Below are positions 8,770 through 17,282 of a stretch of 64,000 nt of DNA, in pieces (position 1 is the first letter of the stretch; each line of letters opens with the position of its first letter). A model generated the notes under the pieces. The model saw only the letters and a program-made list of their open reading frames with translations, was not told the origin of the DNA and did no database searches. The translations under genes were made by a program, and so were the position numbers. Source of the stretch: Bacteroidales bacterium (GTDB taxonomy: Bacteria; Bacteroidota; Bacteroidia; Bacteroidales; UBA3824); contig JAZLKG010000103.1 in NCBI GenBank assembly GCA_045597465.1, positions 404 through 64,403 of the forward strand, in the 5' to 3' direction.

Positions 8770-9840
8770 TTAGCAGATTTTCTTGTCGGCCTCCAGCTCG
8801 GTCTGTTTCTTGAGTGGCTCGATGCCTTCCATCATCTTGCGGGTGTTGTAGATGTCGATGGCTGTGTATATGGCGTTGCGGAACGAAGTCTCGTCGGCCA
8901 CGCCCTTGCCTGCGATGTCGAATGCAGGGCCGTGTGTGGGTGCGGTGCATACCACAGGAAGGCCTCCCGTGTACTGCACGCCGTTGTTTTTCTCTATTAT
9001 TCGGAATGGCACAAGAGCCTGGTCGTAGGTCATTGCCAGTACTGCGTCAAATTTTCTGTAGCTCTCGGCTGCAAAGAAACCGTCGGCGTTGTATGGTCCG
9101 AAACATACTATGCCTTCCTCTGACGCCTTCAATATAGCGGGATGTATTTTCTCGCCCTCGTCCTGGCCAAAGACACCGTAATCGCTGGCGAAAGGATTCA
9201 GGCCCAATACGGCAATCCTTGGCTTGCGGATCGAGAAATCGTTGCAGAGGGTCTTGGCCAGGGTGCGTATCTTCCAGAGAATCTTGTCGGTAGTAATGGC
9301 TGCGGGTATGCTGCCCACAGGCATTGGGCTTGTAACAGTGGCCACCTTTACATTCTGTCCCACGAAAATCTGCACGAAATTGCGGCAGTTGAGCTCCTGA
9401 GCCACAGACTCAGGCAATCCCGCGAAACGGAATCCTGCGTCGTTGATGTTGAACTGGTTGGCAGGTGCTGCCACAAGTATGTCTATGAGATTGTTCTTTA
9501 GGTCGGCCTGGGCACGGTGGATGGCGGCCAGACTGCACTCACCAGCCTGAAGTGTGTTGCTGCCAAGCTCCACAAGGGCCTTGTCGTCGCATACGTTGAT
9601 AATGTTGATGGTCCTGGGCACCAGCTCGGTGGCGTCATTGGCGTTGTTTACTGTAATGTTGGGCAGATTGATCTGCTTGCGGTGAAAGGCAGCTATCTTG
9701 GACGATCCGTATATCACGAATGTACAGTCCTTGTACATGTCGGGATCCTGCAATGCCTTGAATATCACTTCGTATCCTATTCCGTTGATATCCCCTTGGG
9801 TGATACCAATCACATATTTGTTGTCGTTAGTCTTTTCCAT
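8770..9840 (-). CDS. pdxA: 4-hydroxythreonine-4-phosphate dehydrogenase
   Basis: PdxA-like length, with N-terminal GDINGIGYEV and C-terminal THGPAFDIAGKG motifs. Confidence 0.88.
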   Translation of the reverse strand: MEKTNDNKYVIGITQGDINGIGYEVIFKALQDPDMYKDCTFVIYGSSKIAAFHRKQINLPNITVNNANDATELVPRTINIINVCDDKALVELGSNTLQAGECSLAAIHRAQADLKNNLIDILVAAPANQFNINDAGFRFAGLPESVAQELNCRNFVQIFVGQNVKVATVTSPMPVGSIPAAITTDKILWKIRTLAKTLCNDFSIRKPRIAVLGLNPFASDYGVFGQDEGEKIHPAILKASEEGIVCFGPYNADGFFAAESYRKFDAVLAMTYDQALVPFRIIEKNNGVQYTGGLPVVCTAPTHGPAFDIAGKGVADETSFRNAIYTAIDIYNTRKMMEGIEPLKKQTELEADKKIC

Positions 9841-9924
9841 TAGTGTTATGAGTTTTGTTAATAGCCGGCATCAGATGCCAAACCAAACACAAAGGTAAAA
9901 AACTTTTCCCAAATATCCAAAACT

Positions 9925-10740
9925 CTATTCCATGGGATTTACACAAAGAACCGGAATTTTTGGCTCGTTTGCTATAATCTGCTGCTCTGTCGCACCGAGC
10001 ACGTAGTCCTGGAAACGGATATTCTTGGTGGTGGTGATTATTAATAGGCCCGCTCCTATCTGTACGGCAAAATCGACTGCGGAGTTAGACAGGCCCTCTC
10101 CGGCATCGAGTTTCTGAAGCTCGTAGTTGATCTGCTCGGCCTCCAGGTATTTCACGGCTGCGTGTATGTTGGCCTGGGTGCGCTTGTTGACCTGAGGCTC
10201 CAGGCTGTCGATATAGCAAATATAGAACTTGCACTTGAACACCCGTGACATGAACTTTGCCCAGGTGAGTTTCTGACGGTCTTCCTGCTTGAAATCCAGT
10301 GGCAACACGATTTTCAGGATTCCGGCCTGCCGTGGCTTGTCCTGAACCACGAGGAATGGAGCCTTGCATCCGGCTATGACCTTCAAGGCCCAGCTTCCTA
10401 TAAACTTCTGCAAACCCTTGATGCCATGTGTGCCCATCACAGCGAGCTCGGCGTTACACTGCTCCACCACGGCTTTTATCTCTGTGAAAATATTGCCTGT
10501 ACGCACAATCACCCCGGGGCGTATGCCGTATTCGGTCATCACACGCTCTGCCACAAGATTGAGGCGCTCCACATGTATGGCGTTGTCGAGCTCGGTCTCT
10601 GTTATATGCACCAGGATGATATCCCTGTCCAGCTGCAGGGCAAACTCTATCGCGTGCATCAGGGCGAACTCGGCCTTTTCGGAATAATCCCAAGGCACCA
10701 CTATGGGGCTTTTGTTTGATGCTGTATCCATTGTATCCAT
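9925..10740 (-). CDS. Universal stress protein (tandem UspA domains)
   Basis: 271 aa with two Usp-like halves. It contains the MGTHG.KG motif and a C-terminal ...VLCV pattern. Confidence 0.75.
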   Translation of the reverse strand: MDTMDTASNKSPIVVPWDYSEKAEFALMHAIEFALQLDRDIILVHITETELDNAIHVERLNLVAERVMTEYGIRPGVIVRTGNIFTEIKAVVEQCNAELAVMGTHGIKGLQKFIGSWALKVIAGCKAPFLVVQDKPRQAGILKIVLPLDFKQEDRQKLTWAKFMSRVFKCKFYICYIDSLEPQVNKRTQANIHAAVKYLEAEQINYELQKLDAGEGLSNSAVDFAVQIGAGLLIITTTKNIRFQDYVLGATEQQIIANEPKIPVLCVNPME

Positions 10741-10898
10741 TGTTTACAATAAATCCTAAAACTCACGGCTATATTACTAAAAAAATATTTAACCGCCAAA
10801 TAAAATATGCAATATGTGTTCCAAAAAAGAACCCCATTTCCTTGACTTTGCAAGAAAATGGGGTTTGTACTATACGATGGGAACTATGTTACGCATAA

Positions 10899-11591
10899 TT
10901 AGTGAGCGAGGGCGAACTTGATAGGCACCTGGTGGCTTACCTTAACTGCCTTTCCGCGCTGCTTGCCAGGCTTGAACTTAGGCAGGCTGCTTACCACGCG
11001 GAGAGCCTCCTTGTCGAGCAACGGGTCTACACCACGCATGAGCTCAACGTTCTTTACTGAACCGTCGGTATCTACCACGAAGCGAACGTATACAGTACCC
11101 TGGATATCGTTTTCCTTGGCCATCTCTGGATACTTAACGTTCTCGGCGAGATACTTGCGGAGGGCAAGCTCACCGCCTGGGAACTCTGGCATCTCCTCAA
11201 CGATGAAGAATACCTGAGGCTCCTCTGGCTCCTCCTCTACTGGGGCTGTCTCAACAGGGATGTCGACAGGCACCTCTGCATCCACGTCCTCGGTGTCCTG
11301 CCATGGAACGTCGTCTACTTCCACCTTGTTGTCCACAATCTCGATAACGTCAGACACAGTCTGCTGTGGTGGAGGTGGTGGAGGAAGCTCTACCTGAGGC
11401 TGCTCTGTAATAGGAGCCATCTCCTCGTCCTCAATTATTGCCTCTATCTGTCCAAGCTCTTCAGCCTTCTCTACTGTGGTGCTCCACTCAAAGGCCAAGA
11501 ACAAAACTCCGAGAGTAGCTAACAAACCGATCTCGAAAAAGAAGCCTCTCTTATTCTCAAGGTCGGCCTTTTCTGTTTTCTTCTGTTCCAT
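10899..11591 (-). CDS. tonB: Energy transducer TonB
   Basis: N-terminal anchor (FFFEIGLLATLGVLFLAFEW), a Pro/Glu-rich linker (PPPPPPQQ) and a TonB C-terminal domain (FPGGELALRKYL...IQGTVYVRFVVDTDG). Confidence 0.9.
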   Translation of the reverse strand: MEQKKTEKADLENKRGFFFEIGLLATLGVLFLAFEWSTTVEKAEELGQIEAIIEDEEMAPITEQPQVELPPPPPPQQTVSDVIEIVDNKVEVDDVPWQDTEDVDAEVPVDIPVETAPVEEEPEEPQVFFIVEEMPEFPGGELALRKYLAENVKYPEMAKENDIQGTVYVRFVVDTDGSVKNVELMRGVDPLLDKEALRVVSSLPKFKPGKQRGKAVKVSHQVPIKFALAH

Positions 11592-11652
11592 TATTCTTTT
11601 CTTATTAAGTTTAAGTAATGTGTTTATTGTATGGAATTTTCAAAACGCAAAT

Positions 11653-11937
11653 TTAATGAGATAAATTGGTGTTTGAAAATTTTTGTTCCGTTTTTTTTCC
11701 AATTTTTTCCCAATTGGCCTCCGGGGGCGCCATTCTTGATGCCGTATCGGTGTCATAGCTACCGATTTTCGTTATCTCGAGTCCCAGTATCTGGGTTGTG
11801 GTGTCCTCCATGGACGGCCTGGGCGTCTCGTAGTTGATTACAAGAAACGCGGCCGAGAGGGCCACCGTAAGTCCAATCTGGAAGAATATGCCGCGCTTGT
11901 TTTCAAGGTCGGCTTCCTGAGTCTTTTTTCTTGTCAT
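11653..11937 (-). pseudogene. Truncated TonB N-terminal fragment
   Basis: The first ~35 aa (MTRKKTQEADLENKRGIFFQIGLTVALSAAFLV) parallel the N-termini of the TonB genes at 11591 and 15419. There is no linker or C-terminal domain, and the tail has no recognisable motif. Confidence 0.55.
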
Positions 11938-11967
11938 CGTCTTGGGATGTAAGTATCAGCCCGCTGG

Positions 11968-13266
11968 CTAAAAATCAAACAGCAGCTCCGGGTTTACCGG
12001 AGTATCCTGGTCCGCAACCTTCAGATACATCAGGCTTCCCGCAATGGGGTGGCCTATGGTCTGTCCGCAAAGGAGTGTGTCACCGACGCCAAGGGCCGCA
12101 GGCTCTATGTTGCCTATGGTGATTGTCATGTGGCGGTACTGCATGGAAACGCTGGCATCGGAGACTCCGCACACCCTGCATCCTGCCGGGGCGAATATCC
12201 TGGCCGACGCATCAGCCTGCATATCCATCTGCCTGTGCTGCACGCTGTATAGCATGCCCTCGGAATCCATTATGCGCTGCTGGTCGAAATAGCCCGCCGT
12301 AACGTTGTAGCTGCCCTCCACCGGCACCGGCAGCCCCGTGCTTATGGGGTTTGCCATGCCCGACAGCAGCATATATGCCGCCATCACCAGCGCCATCACC
12401 GGCAATGTGCATACAAACCTGACACGCCGTATCTTGTCGCCATCCTTGCTCAGCAGCTGGGCTATCCTCTGCAATATGGCTCCCGACGACTTGGTGGGTC
12501 CGTAGGCGCTTGTCCGGTTTTGCATCCCGAGCCTGAGTATCAGCCTGGAATACTCCGTGGCCTGTCCTGACACCCCGGAATCAGCTATATTCTCGCATAC
12601 CGCCCTGGACTCTCTGGCCGCCTCCCTCACCATTGGATTGAACCACTGGACCACAGAATAGAATCCGTAGACCACTGTGTCCAGCGAGTGGAGGCCGCGT
12701 ATGTGGTTGGTCTCGTGGGCCACCACAATATCGAGTTCCTCCCGAGAGAGCTGTGCGGCGCGCCTGCCCAGGAATATGTTGCCGAAAAACGAGAACGCCA
12801 CCGTATCGAGCGATGTCCGGTAGAGCCTGATGCCGCCGTCCAGCATGGTGTACTGTCCGTGTCGGAGCCTCAGGGTCTTGCGGATACCGTTAATGTAGCT
12901 CACCATCTTTACGGCCACTCCGGCTATGTATAGCGCAAACACTATCGCCACTACGTTATCAAAGATCTGATACTGCGTTATCCTGTCGTACCAATGGGCG
13001 AAAGTCCGCTCATGCGACAGTGTAACAATGTCTACGGGATCCAGGCTTATGATGTCGACCACAGAATCGACAGGTCTCGTAATCCTGGGCTGTGTGTAGA
13101 ACCTTACCTTCAGCAGTGGCAGCACATAGCTGGCCGCCGTGGCCGCAAGCAGGAATCCCCTCTCCCACCTGTTGTAGCTTGCCCCGCGATACACGTATTT
13201 GTATATTGCAGCAAGCACCGCGAAGATGATGCCGGCCTCTACCGTGTATTTTAGGAAACCAAGCAT
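11968..13266 (-). CDS. BlaR1/MecR1-type M56 peptidase signal transducer with a degenerate M23 (LytM)-like C-terminal domain
   Basis: Multi-TM N-terminus and HETNHIRGLH (HExxH) of M56. The C-terminus GDTLLCGQTIGHPIAGSLMYLKV resembles M23 but lacks the HxH. It lies immediately downstream of a BlaI-type repressor. Confidence 0.8.
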   Translation of the reverse strand: MLGFLKYTVEAGIIFAVLAAIYKYVYRGASYNRWERGFLLAATAASYVLPLLKVRFYTQPRITRPVDSVVDIISLDPVDIVTLSHERTFAHWYDRITQYQIFDNVVAIVFALYIAGVAVKMVSYINGIRKTLRLRHGQYTMLDGGIRLYRTSLDTVAFSFFGNIFLGRRAAQLSREELDIVVAHETNHIRGLHSLDTVVYGFYSVVQWFNPMVREAARESRAVCENIADSGVSGQATEYSRLILRLGMQNRTSAYGPTKSSGAILQRIAQLLSKDGDKIRRVRFVCTLPVMALVMAAYMLLSGMANPISTGLPVPVEGSYNVTAGYFDQQRIMDSEGMLYSVQHRQMDMQADASARIFAPAGCRVCGVSDASVSMQYRHMTITIGNIEPAALGVGDTLLCGQTIGHPIAGSLMYLKVADQDTPVNPELLFDF

Positions 13267-13275
13267 GGGCTTATG

Positions 13276-13632
13276 TTACTTTTGGTCGATGATTTCCTTG
13301 ATCTTGGAGATCTCGGAATCGGATATCTGCTCCTCGTCCACCATGTATGACACCATTGTCTCGTAGCTACCGTCGAAGTAGTTCTTGAGCATCTGGCCAA
13401 AGGTGAACTTCTTGTACTGAAGCTTGGATACCTTTGGGAAGTATTCGTATGTGCGGCCGTAAGCCTTGAAATCCACGAAACCCTTCTCCACCAGGATTCT
13501 CACTACCGAGCTTATGGTGTTGTATGGAGGCCTTGGCTCTTCCATCTCCTCGATTACATCCTTCACGAAAGCCTTCTTGAGCTTCCAGAGAATCTGCATC
13601 ACTCTTTCTTCTGCCTTTGTTAATGCTTCCAT
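13276..13632 (-). CDS. BlaI/MecI/CopY family transcriptional repressor
   Basis: 118 aa. Winged-helix N-terminus LTKAEERVMQILW... Its position upstream of an M56 sensor gene is classic. Confidence 0.88.
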   Translation of the reverse strand: MEALTKAEERVMQILWKLKKAFVKDVIEEMEEPRPPYNTISSVVRILVEKGFVDFKAYGRTYEYFPKVSKLQYKKFTFGQMLKNYFDGSYETMVSYMVDEEQISDSEISKIKEIIDQK

Positions 13633-13661
13633 AATTGAAAATTTAGTTGATTAATTGACTT

Positions 13662-13735
13662 TGCAATATTACAACTTATTTTTCAGTTCACCAAATTTAT
13701 TTTGCAGTTTTTTAACGGAATTTTCAGTTTTGTTT
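13662..13735 (-). promoter_or_regulatory. Promoter/operator block upstream of blaI-like gene (copy A)
   Basis: On the minus strand there is a TAATATTG -7-like box (plus 13664-13671), 32 nt upstream of the ATG. Three AACTGAAAA-type boxes are phased 20-21 bp apart. About 85% identical by eye to 15480-15550. Confidence 0.5.
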
Positions 13736-13783
13736 TTAATATGCTGGCTGATAGATTGTTGAGCAGGGTTTTTATTTTAGATC

Positions 13784-14165
13784 TGTGGAGACGGAGACCG
13801 TTAAATATTCGGTGGAATCCGTTAATTATGCGGTAGAGACCGTTAATCATGCGGTAGAGACGGACCATGGTCCGTCTCCACAGATACGGCAAACAAATTG
13901 ATTTTACGGACCGCAAATCATACGGTGGAGACCGTTAATCATGCGGTAGAGACCGTTAATCATGCGGTGGAGACGGACCATGGTCAGTCTCTACGGACAC
14001 GGCAAACAAATTGATTTTACGCCCGTTAATTATGTGGTGGAATCCGGTAATCATGCGGTGGAGACGGACCATGGTCAGTCTCTACGGAAAGGCAAACAAA
14101 TTGATTTTACGCCCGCAAATCATACGGTGGAATCCGTTAATCATGCGGTGGAGACGGACACGGCA
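13784..14165. repeat. Nested tandem repeat (about 21-bp sub-repeats interleaved with about 50-bp blocks)
   Basis: Blocks cggaccatggtc(c/a)gtctc(c/t)ac(a/g)ga.a.ggcaaacaaattgattttacg occur three times, plus a partial fourth. They are separated by 2-3 copies of c(c)g(t/c)(t/a)aat(c/t)at(g/a)(c/t)ggt(a/g)ga(g/a)(a/t). The first block contains the perfect 22-nt palindrome gagacggaccatggtccgtctc (13857-13878). Confidence 0.85.
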
Positions 14166-14173
14166 TCAGATTA

Positions 14174-14692
14174 TCACTCCGCTACGAATTTAACGGGAAC
14201 AGAATGGCTCACTTTCACTGGCTTTCCACGTTGACGTCCCGGCTTCCATAGAGGCTGCTTGCTCACCACACGCAGGGCTTCTGTATCGAAGGGTTCGCCG
14301 ACACCTCGGAGTAATTCCGGATTGGTGACCTTTCCATTTTCGTCGATAACGAATCTGACATACACGGTTGGACTTACTCTTGGCTCCACGTTTTCAGGGT
14401 AGCGCAGGTTTTCGGCGATGTACTTGCGGAGGGCAACCTCGCCACCGGGAAATACAGGCATATCTTCCACGATAAAAAAAAACTGAGGCTCGCAAACCTT
14501 TTCGTCATAGTCAGAATCATCACAAGCAATTTCCTCATCGGCACAATCATCAACCATAAATTCTTTAAACGATTCCTCAAGACAAGGACCATCACAAGGC
14601 CCATCAGATTGAATCTCGGGGATAGTATCGTTCTGCGCCCATAGCAGCGATGATGCCGACATCAGGGCCAATGACATTATTATTCGTTTCAT
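14174..14692 (-). CDS. Secreted TonB C-terminal-domain protein (signal peptide, acidic Cys-rich linker)
   Basis: MKRIIMSLALMSASSLLWAQ signal peptide instead of a TonB anchor. Linker DGPCDGPC...DDCADEEIACDD. TonB CTD FPGGEVALRKYIAENLRYP...VYVRFVIDENG. Confidence 0.8.
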   Translation of the reverse strand: MKRIIMSLALMSASSLLWAQNDTIPEIQSDGPCDGPCLEESFKEFMVDDCADEEIACDDSDYDEKVCEPQFFFIVEDMPVFPGGEVALRKYIAENLRYPENVEPRVSPTVYVRFVIDENGKVTNPELLRGVGEPFDTEALRVVSKQPLWKPGRQRGKPVKVSHSVPVKFVAE

Positions 14693-14717
14693 TTTTGGAA
14701 ATGTAATTAAGTGTTCG

Positions 14718-15419
14718 TTACTGAAGTTTGAACTTTACAGGAATCTGTATGCGAGTCCTCACCTTGCGGCCCATCTGCTGGGCGGGTGTGAATTTTGGAA
14801 GTCCTGATATCACCCTTGTGGCCTCCTTGTCGAGAAGAGGGTCTACACCGCGTAGAATCTCTATATCGCCTACACGGCCATCCTTTTCCACCACAAAACG
14901 CACATAAACAGTTCCCTGAATGTCGTTGTCCTTTGCCAGCTCGGGATAGTGGAGGTTTTTGGCGATATACATGCGTAGAGCAGTCTCGCCGCCCGGAAAC
15001 TCTGCTGCCTGCTCCACAAAATCGATGATAGGATCAATCTCGTCCACCGGCTCGGAATAAACGGCTGGCTCGGGCTCCACCATTTCCACGATTTTAACCT
15101 CTGTATTCTCGTCGGCCTCAGCATTAAAAAAGAAATCGTCGCAATCGCTCTCGGGATCGCTGCATATCTCTATTATTTCTACCACGTGCCTGGCAGGAGG
15201 AGTCGGAGGCAAAAGCTCCGGTTCCTGACGCGTGATGGGAATCTCGATCAAGTCCTCGGTGCCAGGATCGAAGGAAAGGCCGTAGTCCTCTGCCCTATCC
15301 ACAACTGTTGACCACTCGAAAGCCACAATCATCAGCGAAATCGCCACTATAAGACCTATCTTGAAAAAGATGCCTCTCTTGCCCTCAAGGTCTGCCCTAT
15401 TTGTCTTCTTCTGTTCCAT
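14718..15419 (-). CDS. tonB: Energy transducer TonB (paralogue)
   Basis: The N-terminus MEQKKTNRADLEGKRGIFFKIGL... and the CTD FPGGETALRMYIAKNLHYP...IQGTVYVRFVVEKDG closely parallel the gene at 10899-11591. Confidence 0.9.
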   Translation of the reverse strand: MEQKKTNRADLEGKRGIFFKIGLIVAISLMIVAFEWSTVVDRAEDYGLSFDPGTEDLIEIPITRQEPELLPPTPPARHVVEIIEICSDPESDCDDFFFNAEADENTEVKIVEMVEPEPAVYSEPVDEIDPIIDFVEQAAEFPGGETALRMYIAKNLHYPELAKDNDIQGTVYVRFVVEKDGRVGDIEILRGVDPLLDKEATRVISGLPKFTPAQQMGRKVRTRIQIPVKFKLQ

Positions 15420-15479
15420 AATATTGATGTATTAAAAAGGTTAGTACTTTAATTGCTTAATCAGTTATTTAACTGATAA

Positions 15480-15550
15480 TGCAATATTATAACTTATTTT
15501 TCAGTTATGCAAATTTATTTTTCAGTTTTATAACGTATTTTTCAGTTATA
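15480..15550 (-). promoter_or_regulatory. Promoter/operator block upstream of TonB paralogue (copy B)
   Basis: Near-duplicate of 13662-13735. It has the same TAATATTG box (plus 15482-15489) and three TTTTCAGTT boxes with 21/20-bp phasing (15501, 15522, 15542). Confidence 0.5.
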
Positions 15551-15686
15551 GATAATAAAAGATTGAGGGAAAGGAAGTTGGGAAGGGAATATTTTATGTT
15601 AAAAAAAAAGACAGATTGATACAAAATGTACCAATCCGTCCCCAGTATCAATGCGTCTGGAAGACGCTATATTGACTAACCGGGTA

Positions 15687-15722
15687 CGCCGAAGACGATG
15701 GCATCAGTGCCATCGTCTGGCG
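15687..15722 (-). terminator. Stem-loop downstream of metK (weak terminator candidate)
   Basis: 11-bp perfect stem agacgatggca/tgccatcgtct with loop tcag, extendable by cgcc/ggcg. No T-run immediately follows on the minus strand; a T9 run lies further down, near 15601-15609. Confidence 0.35.
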
Positions 15723-15752
15723 TGCTCGGTTTACAACGTACGTATCCGCCTC

Positions 15753-17039
15753 TTACAATGCGAACTCCTTCTTGATCTGCTCTACATAATCGAGTTTCTC
15801 CCATGTGAAGAACTCTACGGCCTTTGTTGTCTTCTTGCCGTTCTCGATTACCTCAACGTTCTCGGTGTATGGAGCGCGGCCAAAGTGACCGTAGGCTGCT
15901 GTGGCCTGGAAGATTGGGTTCTTGAGCTTGAGTCTCTTGATGATGGCGGCTGGACGGAGGTCGAAGATCTTGGCAATCTTCTTGGCTATCTCGCCGTCAG
16001 AAACCTTCACCTTGGCTGTGCCGTAGGTGTTTACGTAAACGCCCACTGGCTGTGCAACGCCGATAGCGTAGGCCACCTGTACGAGTACCTCGTCGCAGAC
16101 ACCTGCGGCCACCATATTCTTGGCGATGTGACGTGTGGCGTATGCTGCCGAACGGTCCACCTTCGATGGGTCCTTGCCTGAGAATGCTCCACCGCCGTGT
16201 GCACCCTTGCCGCCGTAGGTATCCACGATAATCTTGCGGCCGGTGAGACCAGTGTCACCGTGAGGACCGCCGATTACGAACTTGCCGGTTGGGTTCACGA
16301 AAAGCTTGTACTCTGTATTGAAGAGAGCCTTCTCCTTGTCGGAGAGTGTGGCGATGAGTCTTGGGATAAGGATATTCTTTACATCCTCGGTAATCTTGTC
16401 TACCATCTGCTTGTCGGCGGCGAGCTGGGCAGCCTCAGTGCAGTCGGCTGGCTTAATGAAATCGTCGTGCTGGGTAGAAACCACGATGGTATCGATGCGT
16501 GAAGGCTGATTGTTGTCGTCGTACTCGATGGTTACCTGGCTCTTGCTGTCGGGACGGAGGTAAGTCATCACCTTGCCCTCGCGGCGGATGGCTGCAAGCT
16601 CGATGAGGAGCTTGTGGCTGAGCTCGATGGAGAAAGGCATCAGGCTCTCGGTCTCGCGGACGGCGTATCCGAACATCATGCCCTGGTCGCCGGCGCCCTG
16701 GTTCTCGAGGTCCTCGCGCTCCACACCGCGGTTGATGTCCTGGCTCTGACCGTGGATGGCTGATATCACGCCGCAGCTGTTGCCGTCGAACATGTACTCG
16801 CTCTTGTTGTAACCAATCTTGTTGATCACGTTGCGTGCTGTCTGCTGATAGTCCACATGGGCCTGGGTCTTTACCTCGCCACCGAGAACGGTGAGACCTG
16901 TGGTAACGAAAGTCTCGCATGCTACCTTGGATTCTGCGTCCTGCTTGAGGAACTCGTCGAGAAGAGCATCAGAAATCTGATCGGCTACTTTGTCGGGATG
17001 GCCTTCTGATACTGATTCTGAAGTGAAGAAATGTGACAT
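15753..17039 (-). CDS. metK: S-adenosylmethionine synthetase
   Basis: [12 protein letters not shown]-terminus, [12 protein letters not shown] and GGGAFSGKD motifs. Confidence 0.96.
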   Translation of the reverse strand: MSHFFTSESVSEGHPDKVADQISDALLDEFLKQDAESKVACETFVTTGLTVLGGEVKTQAHVDYQQTARNVINKIGYNKSEYMFDGNSCGVISAIHGQSQDINRGVEREDLENQGAGDQGMMFGYAVRETESLMPFSIELSHKLLIELAAIRREGKVMTYLRPDSKSQVTIEYDDNNQPSRIDTIVVSTQHDDFIKPADCTEAAQLAADKQMVDKITEDVKNILIPRLIATLSDKEKALFNTEYKLFVNPTGKFVIGGPHGDTGLTGRKIIVDTYGGKGAHGGGAFSGKDPSKVDRSAAYATRHIAKNMVAAGVCDEVLVQVAYAIGVAQPVGVYVNTYGTAKVKVSDGEIAKKIAKIFDLRPAAIIKRLKLKNPIFQATAAYGHFGRAPYTENVEVIENGKKTTKAVEFFTWEKLDYVEQIKKEFAL

Positions 17040-17127
17040 TTGTTTTTAATGTTTTTGTTTGTAAATAAATAATTTTACTGTCATTAAAAAAAATGTGTGG
17101 GGAAATGATAATGTAAGGGATATTGCT

Positions 17128-17176
17128 TTAGCATTTTTTTTAGCGGTTGCAATCAAAACCAAATCTGTCCGCACTG
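17128..17176 (-). ncRNA. Candidate SAM-II-like pseudoknot riboswitch in the metK leader
   Basis: The minus strand reads GUGCGGACAGAUUUGGUUUUGAUUGCAACCGCUAAAAAAAAUGC. A GCGG/CCGC stem encloses a U-rich loop containing GAUUU and UUGC, and the 3' A-run can pair back to the loop. A CAAAnnTA (-7 box on the minus strand) sits near 17191-17198, about 150 nt upstream of the ATG. Recognised from memory of the consensus only. Confidence 0.35.
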
Positions 17177-17238
17177 TTTTTTAATCCGGGGCAAAGGTAA
17201 GAATAATTTCGGAAAACAAAGACAAAAAACAAAAAAAA

Positions 17239-17272
17239 ATCCACGACTGATGCATAAAGGCCAATCGTGGAT
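17239..17272 (-). terminator. Rho-independent terminator after the lipoprotein gene
   Basis: Stem atccacga/tcgtggat. On the minus strand it is followed by a long T-run (plus-strand A-run 17222-17239). Confidence 0.75.
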
Positions 17273-17282
17273 AAAAACAAAG

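Noticed and set aside
13784-14165. Possible CRISPR array, given regularly spaced repeats
   Set aside because: The segments between the 50-bp blocks are themselves 21-bp tandem repeats, not unique spacers. There are no cas genes nearby and the repeat lengths are atypical.
13683-14234. ORFs 13683-13916 (-), 13962-14234 (+) and 14011-14193 (+)
   Set aside because: They merely translate the minisatellite, giving repetitive peptides such as NHAVETD/GKQIDFTP. They also overlap the 3' end of the TonB-CTD gene.
17040-17240. SAM-I (S-box) riboswitch upstream of metK
   Set aside because: I could not find the multi-stem S-box core or its conserved boxes. Only a compact SAM-II-like pseudoknot candidate is reported, with low confidence.
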